NCBI GenBank assembly: GCA_032718475.1
Contig: JAUCBJ010002972.1
Coordinates: 1 to 44,614 of the forward strand
From: Nemertoderma westbladi
Lineage: Eukaryota > Animalia > Xenacoelomorpha
Direction: 5' to 3'
DNA length: 44,614 bases
Below are positions 23,890 through 34,264 of this stretch, piece after piece (the stretch's first letter is position 1; every line of letters starts with the position of its first letter). Below the pieces are notes generated by a model. That model searched no databases and was not told the DNA's origin. It saw only the letters and a list, made by a program, of their open reading frames with translations. The position numbers were made by a program, and so were the translations under genes.

Positions 23890-26800
23890 ATGTCTGATAC
23901 TAAGCAGAACCTGTCAGACAGTTTATTAGATGTAACTATCTGCGACTCAGATAGAGGCGTAGAACCGTCTAGTCGTAAGTTCAGTTCACCTCCCACTGTG
24001 AGGAAGGTCATCCCTCCTGTAGTAATAACAGAACCTAGGCTGGTCCAACATCGTAGGTCTATCATAGGCACTCGAGCTCAGGTCAAGTGGGACCAAGAAG
24101 CAGCAGAACAGCAACAACCCGCGAGCCAAGAACTTACTTCTCAACGGCCCAACAGCTCCAGTAGTGAGGATACTGTAGAACTGACACCAGAACGCGGAGC
24201 AAAGATGATGGATGCGGTTTATTCGGATCCCCTTCTCATCCTTCCTGCAGCCGTACTCACTAGGTTATTGATTGCAGTGGAAGAACACCAGATCGATTGG
24301 GCGAGAAGTCAACGATCAACTAAAGATAATTATGCGGGATACACGAGTGAAGAACTGAAGTCTATTGTCGAGTCGCAATGGAACTTCCCCGGACCCAGAC
24401 TCCCGTTTGATTTATCAGAAGCTGCCTGGGAAGACATACACCGGATGGGAGTAGCCAAAGAAACCATAGATCCCGCTGTGTGGAAGAGGTCCGCAGCCGG
24501 ATACGCACAGGGATTCTTCAGCTCTATGGAGCGAGTAAAAGGACAACTGTTTCAACAACCACAAGGACCTCAAGAGCAGGGACAACTGCTTTATCAAGTT
24601 AGAGAAAGAATTCTACGAATCAGGCTAATATTATCGGCCTTTGAGGAGGCTTCTAAACGAAGGCAAGACACGTCGTTGCAAGTTGCCGTAAAGACTTGGT
24701 TTCAAAGGGTGAGTCTCCAGGTTCAAGGAACAGCTCAGTGGAAAGCTCAGCTGGAGGAGCGCTCAACCCATGGAGAATCAACAGACGCTACTTTTTCCCA
24801 AGTGGAAAGTGAAGCGACGGTAGAGAAACCGCATAAGAGGGATGCCATTGACATCTATCTGTCAGACTATCAACGTTTTTTAGGTGATGACGAGTTGAGG
24901 AGAAGGTTAGAGGGACTTAGCCCTAATAGTGAAGGAACCAAGCTTGTGTTGGATGCCATCGATGTGGAAATGAGGGCTGCGAATCAGGCTAAATTTGATG
25001 AACAACTCCGCCTGACACGAGTCCAAGAAGAACAAGTAAAGAAAAAACGTATAGAAGACAGAAAGAAAGCAGCAGTAGCAGCTGCCGAAGCGGAAAGGAA
25101 AGCAGCCGAAGAGGAAAGTAAAGCAGCCGAGATGGAAAGAAAAGCGGCAGCGACAGCAGCAGAAGCAAAGGCGGCAGCGGCAGAGGCAAAAGCGGCAGTG
25201 ACAGCGGCAGAGGCAGAAGCGAAAAGAAAAGCAGCCGAAATGAAAAGAAAAGCGGAAATGGCAGTGGCAGAAGCAGAACGTAGAGCGGCGGAAGAAATCA
25301 CCCAATTAGAATTGGAAAACATTCAGGAGAATCAAGACTGCATAAATAAACAGTTAACAGCTAGTAATATGCAGATGATGAATCGATCTACTCCCAAAAG
25401 ACAGGGATATACATCATCTGAGGAAGGCGATACCACCGATACTGAAGGCAAAGGAAATAGATCTCGTCTAAGCAGACGTAAAAGAACATTCCACCGTCAG
25501 AAATTGCCTGATTTGCCTCCAGCTGTTAGAAGGCAACTAAATAACACCAACTTAGGTAGTACAGAACCCACAGACCAAACAATTAAAATAGAAAGACTCC
25601 CTACGATAGTAGATGAGCCTGAAATAATTAGGCCTGTTCTTGAAATCACCCCTTCGGTGATAGACACACCTGTGCTCCCTGAAACTACCTCTAAATTCCC
25701 TCTGCATAGCACTAAGCTACCTGTGCCCCGTAGAACTGCCCAGGAGACAGTTCAGGTCCTGGACCCTGAGCGAAATATTCATGATTTGTCGCCCGTTGTC
25801 CCTCGTCCGCCCGCTACAACGTTGGCGACTCCCGCTTCGGCGGTCGAATGGGTGGACGAGAGACGACGGGGGATGGATCTCCTGCTCGGACAGATGCAGG
25901 AGACTGTTCAACAATTCAAAGGCACAGTAAGGGAAAGTAGGCTAGAGTTGCAAGAAGTGCAGCAAAGTATCGCGCTAGAACGCGATAAATTAGTAAATAC
26001 ACAAAAGGGTATACCACCACCCTCTGTAACAATGTGTCAACCTGTTAGGTCTGAAGTATCTCATGCGCAAGGTGTGGAGCCTACACGCATATGTACTGCT
26101 AGCGAAGTAGAAACTCCTATAGTGAACCCTATTAAGGGTAATTATAGACCTGTTGATAATGATATTCCCTATAGAACTGATCATAATCCGAGAAATTTAT
26201 ATACCGATAACTCGATATTAAATAACACGATGGCCCAAGAAAGTTTTACGCGTCAAATGGCTAGAACCGAAGCCCGGCAAGCGGTAAAGGTGGGAGAGAT
26301 CATCAAGTTCAATGGAGATGAGATGAAATGGTTACCTTTTAATGAATATTACAAAGATAACATACAGAACTCTGTACTATCTAATGGAGAAAAACTTAGA
26401 TACCTCATCGAGTGCTTGGAAGGATCTCCCAAGTTAATGGCGTTAAAGTTTATTGGACATCCAGACGGATTAAGACAAGTTTGGGATACACTAAACATCA
26501 GGTATGGTAATAGGAATAACATCGCTGGGTATTTGTATGCAAAGTTGGTAGCGCCCCGAAAGTTTATTAGCAGCGGGATTATCGAGTTTTCCGATGAGAT
26601 CCAGGAGATCTGCAGACAATTAGATTGGCTAGGTAAGTCTCATGAGTATCAGAACACTATGGTTATTAGAGCAGTGGCTTCTACTTTACCGAAAGGTGGA
26701 GTAGGTACACGCTGGGATAAGAAAGTGTTATATATGATGGAACAACAACGACGAAACCCTACCATGGCTGATCTCATGTCATTCCTAGATGGAGAAGTGA

Positions 26801-29800
26801 AATTACAGCTCCTGAAACTGTCCAGAGAGAAGACACCGGAAAACAAGGTAAGTGAAAAACCCGTCTCTAGGAGAAAGGTAACACCAGTGTGTTATACAGA
26901 CGACGGTGAAAGCCGGACTTCTCCAGGAGAAGATAGCGGGAAAGACACTGATAGATCTTATTACGTAAATAAAATGCCTAAAGATCAGGTAAGTAAATTC
27001 AAGTCTCGAACAAATGACAGGAGAGAACAGGTAAGAAAAACTCCTCCTACGTCTCCCAAGAAAATTCAGGTGAGAAAGCCCGAAGATAAGGCAAGTGTAC
27101 ACAATGTGACTCAGATTAAGGTGAGTAACATCAAACCAAAATGTGCGCTATGTGATGGGACCCATCGCTTGAATATGTGTGATGAATTTCTAAAGAAATC
27201 ATTAACTGAGAGACGTGAAGTCATGTGGGACAAGCGGTTGTGTTATAATTGCCTCAGACAAGGACATCAACGGCGAACCTGTTACTCAGACATAAGGTGT
27301 GCAAAGTGTGGTGCGAAACATCATATCTTGTTGCACGCTGAATTCGATCGAAATAGTCCTAATCAGGTAAGTGATTCCGAACTACATGTCCAATTCAGTG
27401 ATGTGAACGACACTGATCAATCTGAGATGGAAGGATTCTATACGGACGAGTTCTCCGACAAAAACGAATCTTGTTACATGATAAATACCGCAGTGTACCG
27501 AGCACTCACATATGAAAAAGATACAGACAGCGACTTCACTCTAACTACTTCTGAGCGACAACCATCGTGGAAAGCACCAACTTCCAATGTAGGAATCCGA
27601 GAATTTCCTGTAGTCCAGTTACGGGTCCATGGACCTCAGAAGAGCTATATAGTGAACGCCCTCCTGGACTCCGGCAGCACAGGAACATTCATTGATAAAG
27701 AACTAGCCGAAGACATCTTCGCTGGACAACCTAAGTTCCGTTCTAAGTGTCTACCTAAGCTAAATATGTCAGGCATTATGCAAGTTTGGAAATCTACAGT
27801 AATAGCGGATTACTATGTAGGAGCGTTGTCCACCCCCCAGGACGAATTAGGAGAACATAGCATAAGGTCAGTGAAAATGGTGGCTATAAAGAACTTCGCT
27901 ACTACTCAAGCAGACCTTTATAATTGGGACGAGGATGAGAGTATCCAACATCTTAAGATACCTCGATTCCAGACTGATTATCCTGGAGTGCAAATACTCA
28001 TCGGCCAAAACGCGCATGAGGCGCTGGAGACATTAGAGAAACGGCCTGCTCAACCGCAGCCACTACAGAGCTATGCGGTAAGAACTAGAGTAGGTTGGTA
28101 CTTTACTGGCCCTTCCCGTAGAACACTCAGAGAAAGACTACCGCAAGAGCGCGTCTGCCAGGTGAGTGAATGGGAAGATGATACTAGTGAGGGAGACGAT
28201 TTAACTGAGGGAACCCCATACTCCTCAGATAACGACGACGTGCACCAGCTTTTTGATGAGGAGAATACCATCGATCTCCTTAAGGAAAACGAGGCTTGGC
28301 AAAACCAAGTGAACTTATGTCAACTTCTTTATCCATCTGAACGAGAAGCTTATAACGACGAGTTAAATGACGTCATTGAGCGTTGCAATGCCAAGACTCG
28401 AGATGAACATGCCGTACGATTCTTTACGCAAGAGGCGGTAGAGCCCAATTCCTACGATAAAGCCTTGTCAGTGGAAGAGGAAAGGGCCAAGCAGATCCAA
28501 GAGACAACTACACGTTTCCTCAAAGATTATTTGCTTCAGATGCTCCATCGAGAACCTAGAGCCATTGCTGATAACTTCGTCGGCAATGAAAGAGCATTCG
28601 AGTTAGCGATGAAGACGCTTAGCGACATCTACGGGAATAAAACCAAGATGGCGCAGTCGATAGTAGAAGACTTGGGTAAGGGCGGAAGGATTACAACTCC
28701 GTTAGAGCTGTTGAACTTAGCGAACGCTATTTCGAACGCATTGGACATCTTGAGGACGGTGAATCTACCTCATCATGGTGATCACGCCGAAGTTTTAAAG
28801 AGCGTAATAAGACGTCTAAACATGCGTTATCGACAGAAATGGCGCAAATTAGAGAATAAGTTGGAGGGCCAAGGTAAAGTATTGACACTTCAGCATATTC
28901 ATGACATGATAGCCACAGACGCAGTAGCAGAGATGAAATCAAACTTCTCAGAAGAGAATATGAGGGAGTCTAAACCTGTTACCGGTAAGTCTATGGTAAG
29001 TTTTGACGATGACAGGACCACTGTGACATTTAACTCGGTAGATAGATATAATTCGAATACCCCAGCCTTTAGATCAGACTCGCGAGTATGGTCAGGTGAG
29101 CGGTTAGATAGACCTAGGTTAAAGCAACAGGAGTTGCCGGATGGATTTGTAGGTTGCCAATACTGTTTACTAAAGGAGGTAAGATCTGACGACCATAAGT
29201 TAGATAGTTGCAGACGGTTCAAGGAATTAAATTCGGAACAGAGAAGAGTTCAAGTGCGGACGTTGGACACCTGTTGGGCATGTCTTGCGCCAGGCCATGT
29301 ACGGCGGCAGTGCCCGAACAGCAAGGACGGATGCATGGAATGCGGCAGACTACATCACAAGTTGCTACATGCGGATTTCCACACCCCAACAGACCGTTAC
29401 TTACAGCGAAATCCTCAAAGGAAGGGGAGCAAAGAACCCGTATCGATAAGGAGGAATACGTATACCGGCATCCAGGACGATGGTTACCAACCAGGTTCGT
29501 CGGACGAGGATGGCGAGTCGAGCGCAAGAGAAGTGACCTGCCAAGGTTTCACCGCGGATAGTTCATCGACCAGCGCGCGGACGTATTTATCATCGGCCAC
29601 GTCGGAAATATTTAGCGTGATTCCGGTGAAACTCACTGGCGATAAGGGATCGAAGCGAATATATGTGATGTTGGACACTGCGTCCACATTATCTTATATC
29701 GACGAGGAAGTGGCGAGAGCTGTTTCTAGCTTCCAGGACGCCGAGGAGATCCAAATAGAGTTGAAGTCTATGCACGGGGTAGGAGACCTCAAGGGACACA

Positions 29801-30453
29801 GAATTTCGGTAGAACTAGATTCCCTACTTCCGAGAGACCAACATACTCGACAAGAACGGAAAGCTTTGCCATTGGACGGATTTAAGTGTCTAGCTATGAA
29901 GGGATTCGGCAGGCAGTTAGGTAAGGTGCCGCCGATGAGTCCCATAGCACAGGAGTATTTTGACAAGCTCAGGATACCCAGACACCAGGTAGGTTATAGG
30001 AATGTTTCTATGTTGATTGGTGCAGAACAGCTGATCGCACACCAGATATGGGAAACGAGACCAGCTGAGCCGCATGTCAATGGACCACATGCCCATAGGA
30101 CTATATTAGGTTGGTATACACGAGTACCCATGTCTTATGAGTTTACAGGTGGCGACAAGCCAATAAACAGATACGACGAATTACAGCCTATAACTCAACC
30201 ACCGTTAGTAGAACCACCAGACATAGACGAGTTTAGGAGAACCTGTATTGACCACTATAGTGACTTTAGCGAGTCGGACGAGGAGTTGATTCCCGATAAT
30301 GTTAGGTTGTCGGAACCACTTCATAACGACCGGACAGATAGTGAACCCGAGGACTACTGTTATCAGACCCGTGGGTCTGGTTCAGCGGCCCACGCTACTT
30401 ATCTGACTAACGTTTTGACTTATACAGACATAGTGGAGGGTCAGAGTGGCTAA
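23890..30453 (+). CDS. BEL/Pao Gag-protease-Gag-protease fusion protein (2187 aa)
   Basis: Module 1: FNGDEMKW..EKLRYL, knuckles CALC/CYNC/CAKC (~27142-27337), protease ALLDSGS (~27667). Module 2: partial Gag from ~28519, knuckles CQYC/CWAC/CMEC (~29155-29370), protease VMLDTAS (~29674). Confidence 0.9.
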   Translation: MSDTKQNLSDSLLDVTICDSDRGVEPSSRKFSSPPTVRKVIPPVVITEPRLVQHRRSIIGTRAQVKWDQEAAEQQQPASQELTSQRPNSSSSEDTVELTPERGAKMMDAVYSDPLLILPAAVLTRLLIAVEEHQIDWARSQRSTKDNYAGYTSEELKSIVESQWNFPGPRLPFDLSEAAWEDIHRMGVAKETIDPAVWKRSAAGYAQGFFSSMERVKGQLFQQPQGPQEQGQLLYQVRERILRIRLILSAFEEASKRRQDTSLQVAVKTWFQRVSLQVQGTAQWKAQLEERSTHGESTDATFSQVESEATVEKPHKRDAIDIYLSDYQRFLGDDELRRRLEGLSPNSEGTKLVLDAIDVEMRAANQAKFDEQLRLTRVQEEQVKKKRIEDRKKAAVAAAEAERKAAEEESKAAEMERKAAATAAEAKAAAAEAKAAVTAAEAEAKRKAAEMKRKAEMAVAEAERRAAEEITQLELENIQENQDCINKQLTASNMQMMNRSTPKRQGYTSSEEGDTTDTEGKGNRSRLSRRKRTFHRQKLPDLPPAVRRQLNNTNLGSTEPTDQTIKIERLPTIVDEPEIIRPVLEITPSVIDTPVLPETTSKFPLHSTKLPVPRRTAQETVQVLDPERNIHDLSPVVPRPPATTLATPASAVEWVDERRRGMDLLLGQMQETVQQFKGTVRESRLELQEVQQSIALERDKLVNTQKGIPPPSVTMCQPVRSEVSHAQGVEPTRICTASEVETPIVNPIKGNYRPVDNDIPYRTDHNPRNLYTDNSILNNTMAQESFTRQMARTEARQAVKVGEIIKFNGDEMKWLPFNEYYKDNIQNSVLSNGEKLRYLIECLEGSPKLMALKFIGHPDGLRQVWDTLNIRYGNRNNIAGYLYAKLVAPRKFISSGIIEFSDEIQEICRQLDWLGKSHEYQNTMVIRAVASTLPKGGVGTRWDKKVLYMMEQQRRNPTMADLMSFLDGEVKLQLLKLSREKTPENKVSEKPVSRRKVTPVCYTDDGESRTSPGEDSGKDTDRSYYVNKMPKDQVSKFKSRTNDRREQVRKTPPTSPKKIQVRKPEDKASVHNVTQIKVSNIKPKCALCDGTHRLNMCDEFLKKSLTERREVMWDKRLCYNCLRQGHQRRTCYSDIRCAKCGAKHHILLHAEFDRNSPNQVSDSELHVQFSDVNDTDQSEMEGFYTDEFSDKNESCYMINTAVYRALTYEKDTDSDFTLTTSERQPSWKAPTSNVGIREFPVVQLRVHGPQKSYIVNALLDSGSTGTFIDKELAEDIFAGQPKFRSKCLPKLNMSGIMQVWKSTVIADYYVGALSTPQDELGEHSIRSVKMVAIKNFATTQADLYNWDEDESIQHLKIPRFQTDYPGVQILIGQNAHEALETLEKRPAQPQPLQSYAVRTRVGWYFTGPSRRTLRERLPQERVCQVSEWEDDTSEGDDLTEGTPYSSDNDDVHQLFDEENTIDLLKENEAWQNQVNLCQLLYPSEREAYNDELNDVIERCNAKTRDEHAVRFFTQEAVEPNSYDKALSVEEERAKQIQETTTRFLKDYLLQMLHREPRAIADNFVGNERAFELAMKTLSDIYGNKTKMAQSIVEDLGKGGRITTPLELLNLANAISNALDILRTVNLPHHGDHAEVLKSVIRRLNMRYRQKWRKLENKLEGQGKVLTLQHIHDMIATDAVAEMKSNFSEENMRESKPVTGKSMVSFDDDRTTVTFNSVDRYNSNTPAFRSDSRVWSGERLDRPRLKQQELPDGFVGCQYCLLKEVRSDDHKLDSCRRFKELNSEQRRVQVRTLDTCWACLAPGHVRRQCPNSKDGCMECGRLHHKLLHADFHTPTDRYLQRNPQRKGSKEPVSIRRNTYTGIQDDGYQPGSSDEDGESSAREVTCQGFTADSSSTSARTYLSSATSEIFSVIPVKLTGDKGSKRIYVMLDTASTLSYIDEEVARAVSSFQDAEEIQIELKSMHGVGDLKGHRISVELDSLLPRDQHTRQERKALPLDGFKCLAMKGFGRQLGKVPPMSPIAQEYFDKLRIPRHQVGYRNVSMLIGAEQLIAHQIWETRPAEPHVNGPHAHRTILGWYTRVPMSYEFTGGDKPINRYDELQPITQPPLVEPPDIDEFRRTCIDHYSDFSESDEELIPDNVRLSEPLHNDRTDSEPEDYCYQTRGSGSAAHATYLTNVLTYTDIVEGQSG

Positions 30454-33400
30454 ATATCGAGACCTAGACATTTTCCAATACAGTGAGGAGGAATTACAGA
30501 AGGAATTGATACGCCAGGACCTCGAGACAGGAGCCAGAACCGTCGAATGGCTGGATAGGGACGCAATGGAACCCGGTGGATATGACCTAGCCATGTCTAC
30601 TGATGAGAAACGGTCGCTGGAGATGATGGAAGACACCATACGTCTGCTACCGACTGGACATTTTGAAGTTGGAATGTTGTGGCGTCGACAACCACCTAAG
30701 TTGGAGAACAACTACAACTTAGCCTTGAAAAGATTGAACGGAGTAAGGGCTCGGTTGTTGAAAAATCCGGACATTAGGGAGAAGTATTGCGCCCAGATCA
30801 ACAACTATTTCGCAAAGGGATTTGCTGGGAAGGTAGAGGACCCTGACTTAGTGACAGACCAGACTTATTACCTTCCACACCACTATGTGACTCACCCTGA
30901 CAAGCCAGACAAAGTCCGAGTAGTCAACGACTGCGCAGCAGTCTATAGGGGTATGTCCCTGAATTCAGAGTTGATGGATGGTCCCAACCTGAACAACTAT
31001 TTGATTGGAATACTGTTGCGTTTTAGACAGCGGCGATTCGCATTTACTTGTGACATCGAGGCGATGTTCCACCAGGTAAGAGCCTGTAAGGCAGACCAGG
31101 ATAGCCTTCGCTTTCTCTGGTATGAGAATGAAGACTTATCCGGCCCAGTGGTTACATACCAAATGTACGTTAGGATATTTGGCGCCCGCGATAGTCCAAA
31201 TGGCACGCTGTTCGTTCTAAAGAAAACGGCAACAGCCCAGATTGGTAAGTATCCAGTAGAAGTAATCGAGTCTATATTGAGAAACTTCTATATGGACGAC
31301 GGATTGGTGTCCAAGGACACGGCGGAACAAGCCATAGAAGTGGCTCACGGCCTGCAAGAGTGCTTGGCTACAGGGGGTTTCCCTCTAACCAAGTTCACTA
31401 CCAACTCGGAGGCCCTATTAGAATCGTTCCCGGTGAAAGATCGCGGGAGCGGAGACATTGAATTGGGGGTAGAACCAATCCCCATGGCGCGAGTACTGGG
31501 ACTCGCTTGGAACCCGAACTCAGACAAGTTCCAGGTAAGAGTTAGATTTGAACCCAGTAGCCCAGACAAAGTTTTGACAAAGAGAATTTGCTTATCGACG
31601 TTAAGTAGACTATTTGACCCGATGAACTTTATCAGTCCGGTTATATTACAGGCACGAGCGTGCATGAGGAAAATTTGGTTGTCCGACGTAGAGTGGGACG
31701 AACCAATATCTCCTATACATGCAAAGCAGTGGAGAGAGTGGGAAGCCGAGTTACATCTATTGAAAAATATAGACGTACCCCGTTCCTACTTTCCGAATCA
31801 GCTGGTATTCCCAGCTGATTTAGAGCTCCACTTATTTAGTGACGCAAGTGACACCGGCTTTGGTATGGTAGCCTACCTTCGCCGAGAGGTAAGTCAGGAC
31901 AAATTTGAGACGGCCTTTGTGACTTCTAGATCAAAGACAATGCCGGTCAAATACATGACTGTCCCTCGTGCAGAGTTACAGGCGGCTGTAGTTTCAGTCG
32001 AGGTAAGTAAGCAAATAACTGAGGAGTTAGACACGACATTGACCTTATTCTATTGGACGGACGCATCCTTGGTGTTAGTATACATTGCGGCCGACAATAT
32101 TGCACTAAAGACATTTGTGGCCAATAGACGCGCTCAGATCGTTGATTTTTCGACGAAGGAACAATGGAGACATTGTCCGGGAGTGTTGAACCCGGCCGAC
32201 ATAACTTCGAGAGGTGCAATGCCGGCGGAATTCTGTCAGGAAGAGTCTCAGGAGTTTTGGTTGCATGGACCTGATTTTCTAACGAGGACACAGGAACATT
32301 GGCCAGAGCGACTAAAGATAGTGACCAATCCGATGCCTGAAGATGCAGAAGTCAAAGTGGAGAAAGTCTCTAAGTCGAAGTCTAAAGCCAAACTTAAGTC
32401 ATTGGAGCGGCCTGAAGAGTCATTGGAGCGGCCTGAAGAGTCATTGGAGCGGCCCGGAGACCTGTCAGACCAACAGACTTACGTGACTACTAGGTCAGGA
32501 AGGGTAAGTTACGACGTAAAACCACCCTTACAGACTAGACGACAGTCACAGTTGGTAAGTGACGGACAGAAAATGACCGACACAATGGAGCCTTTGGTTT
32601 CCAAACCTGCGGGTTTGGATTCGAAACTTCCATTAGTTAGCGGACAACCGTCGCTGGCATTAGAGTCATGCAGTGTTTATGACAAATTACTAAATTCGTC
32701 TGCCTCTTGGCTGACAATTTGTAAAAGAACTGCGTGGTTAAGCCGATACATTTTGTACCTTTGTTTAAAACATTCGAAACATTTGAGAGAACCATTGAGC
32801 ACCAATAGTGAGCGAATTCAGAAATTGAAACAACCTCTGACAGAGGATGAGATTGATCAAGCGGAATTAAAGCATTTGAAGCATTATCAAATGTGTGCCT
32901 TCCCCAAAGAATTCCATCTATTATCGGCTCAACGACCAGTTCTCTATAAACCCCTTAGAAAATGGAGTCCATTAATCCATAAGGGTTTGATTTGTCATAG
33001 ATCGAGAATCCAGACTGTCGACATAAACTCACAGTTTCGGTTCCCAGTGATAATCCCTAGTCACCCAATAGAATTGCAAAGAGCGATTCTATGGGATATA
33101 CACAAGAGGTTGCATCACGCGGGAAAGTTACACTGTCTGTCGGCAGCGAGACAGCGATTCATTCTATTGCAGCCAAGCAGGGCAGTCGGCACTATGTATG
33201 ACGCCTGTCTGGTTTGCAAAAGGGTGAACGCCAGAGTATTGGAACAGGAGATGGCTGAACTCCCGGAAGCGAGAGTGCAGGCATATGACCCACCCTTTAC
33301 GAACACAGGGGTGGACTGTTTTGGTCCGATTGAAGCAAAGAGTGGACGGCTGACCCACAAGCGATGGGGTCTGCTGCTGACATGCATGGCTAGTAGAGCC

Positions 33401-34264
33401 ATACATATCGAGCGTGTGGCAGACATGTCGACCAAATCTCTGCTCCTGGCCTTGAAGAGATTTATGGCCAGGAGAGGACTAGTAAAGGCGTTCTACTCCG
33501 ATAAGGGTACAAACTTTGTCGGAGGGAATAGCGAGTTGAACGCGGCTCATAAAGCGGCACAGAATAAGGAAATTTCTGCAGCACTTTTGCCGCAACGAGT
33601 AGAATGGAGATTCAATACTCCAGAAAGTCCTTGGAGAGGAGGAAGTTGGGAGCGTTTAGTTCGCTCTGTAAAGCAGGCCATTGCCAAAACATTGCCTGTG
33701 AACAAACAACTTACCGACGACGAACTGGTCACAGCTTTCATTGAAATCGAGCATACCCTAAACTCGAGGCCGATAGCTATGTTGCCAGACGGTGTTGCAT
33801 TAACGCCGAATCATTTGCTAATGCAGAGTCCAGCATTTCTTGTGCCGGCATCAGAACCCGTTAGTGCCGACCTATATAGTCGTAAGAGCTGGAAAGTGAC
33901 TCAATTAGTGGCGTACACATTCTGGGAATATTGGCGGGAATACTATCTTCCCACCATATCCACCAGAACAAAGTGGTACAAAACGGTTCGGAGTCTCCAA
34001 AAGGGAGATTACGTATTGATAACCGAACCCATTGTCAAGAGAAAGTATTGGGAGACGGGAGTGATCTTGCACACACACCCAGACGTGCAAAACATAGTGC
34101 GCACAGTCACTGTGAAAATTAGGTGCAAGTGTCCGCACCCAAAAAAGTGTAAAACTAATGGTTTACACACCTTGGACCGACCGGTCCAAGATATTGTGTT
34201 ATTAGAGGAGACACGTATCGAGACGGGAGATTATAGTTTGTCTCCTGCCTCAAAACAGAATTAG
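30446..34264 (+). CDS. BEL/Pao Pol (RT, RNase H, integrase) of element C, in the +1 frame relative to the upstream ORF
   Basis: KVRVVND, CDIEAMFHQV, FYMDD (~31289), FSDAS, PRAELQAA, NPAD, H..HH-CLVC, GVDCFGP, SDKGTNF, GSWERL; catalytic residues intact. Confidence 0.96.
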   Translation: MAKYRDLDIFQYSEEELQKELIRQDLETGARTVEWLDRDAMEPGGYDLAMSTDEKRSLEMMEDTIRLLPTGHFEVGMLWRRQPPKLENNYNLALKRLNGVRARLLKNPDIREKYCAQINNYFAKGFAGKVEDPDLVTDQTYYLPHHYVTHPDKPDKVRVVNDCAAVYRGMSLNSELMDGPNLNNYLIGILLRFRQRRFAFTCDIEAMFHQVRACKADQDSLRFLWYENEDLSGPVVTYQMYVRIFGARDSPNGTLFVLKKTATAQIGKYPVEVIESILRNFYMDDGLVSKDTAEQAIEVAHGLQECLATGGFPLTKFTTNSEALLESFPVKDRGSGDIELGVEPIPMARVLGLAWNPNSDKFQVRVRFEPSSPDKVLTKRICLSTLSRLFDPMNFISPVILQARACMRKIWLSDVEWDEPISPIHAKQWREWEAELHLLKNIDVPRSYFPNQLVFPADLELHLFSDASDTGFGMVAYLRREVSQDKFETAFVTSRSKTMPVKYMTVPRAELQAAVVSVEVSKQITEELDTTLTLFYWTDASLVLVYIAADNIALKTFVANRRAQIVDFSTKEQWRHCPGVLNPADITSRGAMPAEFCQEESQEFWLHGPDFLTRTQEHWPERLKIVTNPMPEDAEVKVEKVSKSKSKAKLKSLERPEESLERPEESLERPGDLSDQQTYVTTRSGRVSYDVKPPLQTRRQSQLVSDGQKMTDTMEPLVSKPAGLDSKLPLVSGQPSLALESCSVYDKLLNSSASWLTICKRTAWLSRYILYLCLKHSKHLREPLSTNSERIQKLKQPLTEDEIDQAELKHLKHYQMCAFPKEFHLLSAQRPVLYKPLRKWSPLIHKGLICHRSRIQTVDINSQFRFPVIIPSHPIELQRAILWDIHKRLHHAGKLHCLSAARQRFILLQPSRAVGTMYDACLVCKRVNARVLEQEMAELPEARVQAYDPPFTNTGVDCFGPIEAKSGRLTHKRWGLLLTCMASRAIHIERVADMSTKSLLLALKRFMARRGLVKAFYSDKGTNFVGGNSELNAAHKAAQNKEISAALLPQRVEWRFNTPESPWRGGSWERLVRSVKQAIAKTLPVNKQLTDDELVTAFIEIEHTLNSRPIAMLPDGVALTPNHLLMQSPAFLVPASEPVSADLYSRKSWKVTQLVAYTFWEYWREYYLPTISTRTKWYKTVRSLQKGDYVLITEPIVKRKYWETGVILHTHPDVQNIVRTVTVKIRCKCPHPKKCKTNGLHTLDRPVQDIVLLEETRIETGDYSLSPASKQN

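Noticed and set aside
24907-25322. Antisense Cys/Phe- and Ala-rich ORFs
   Set aside because: Shadows of the repetitive coiled-coil segment of the plus-strand Gag.
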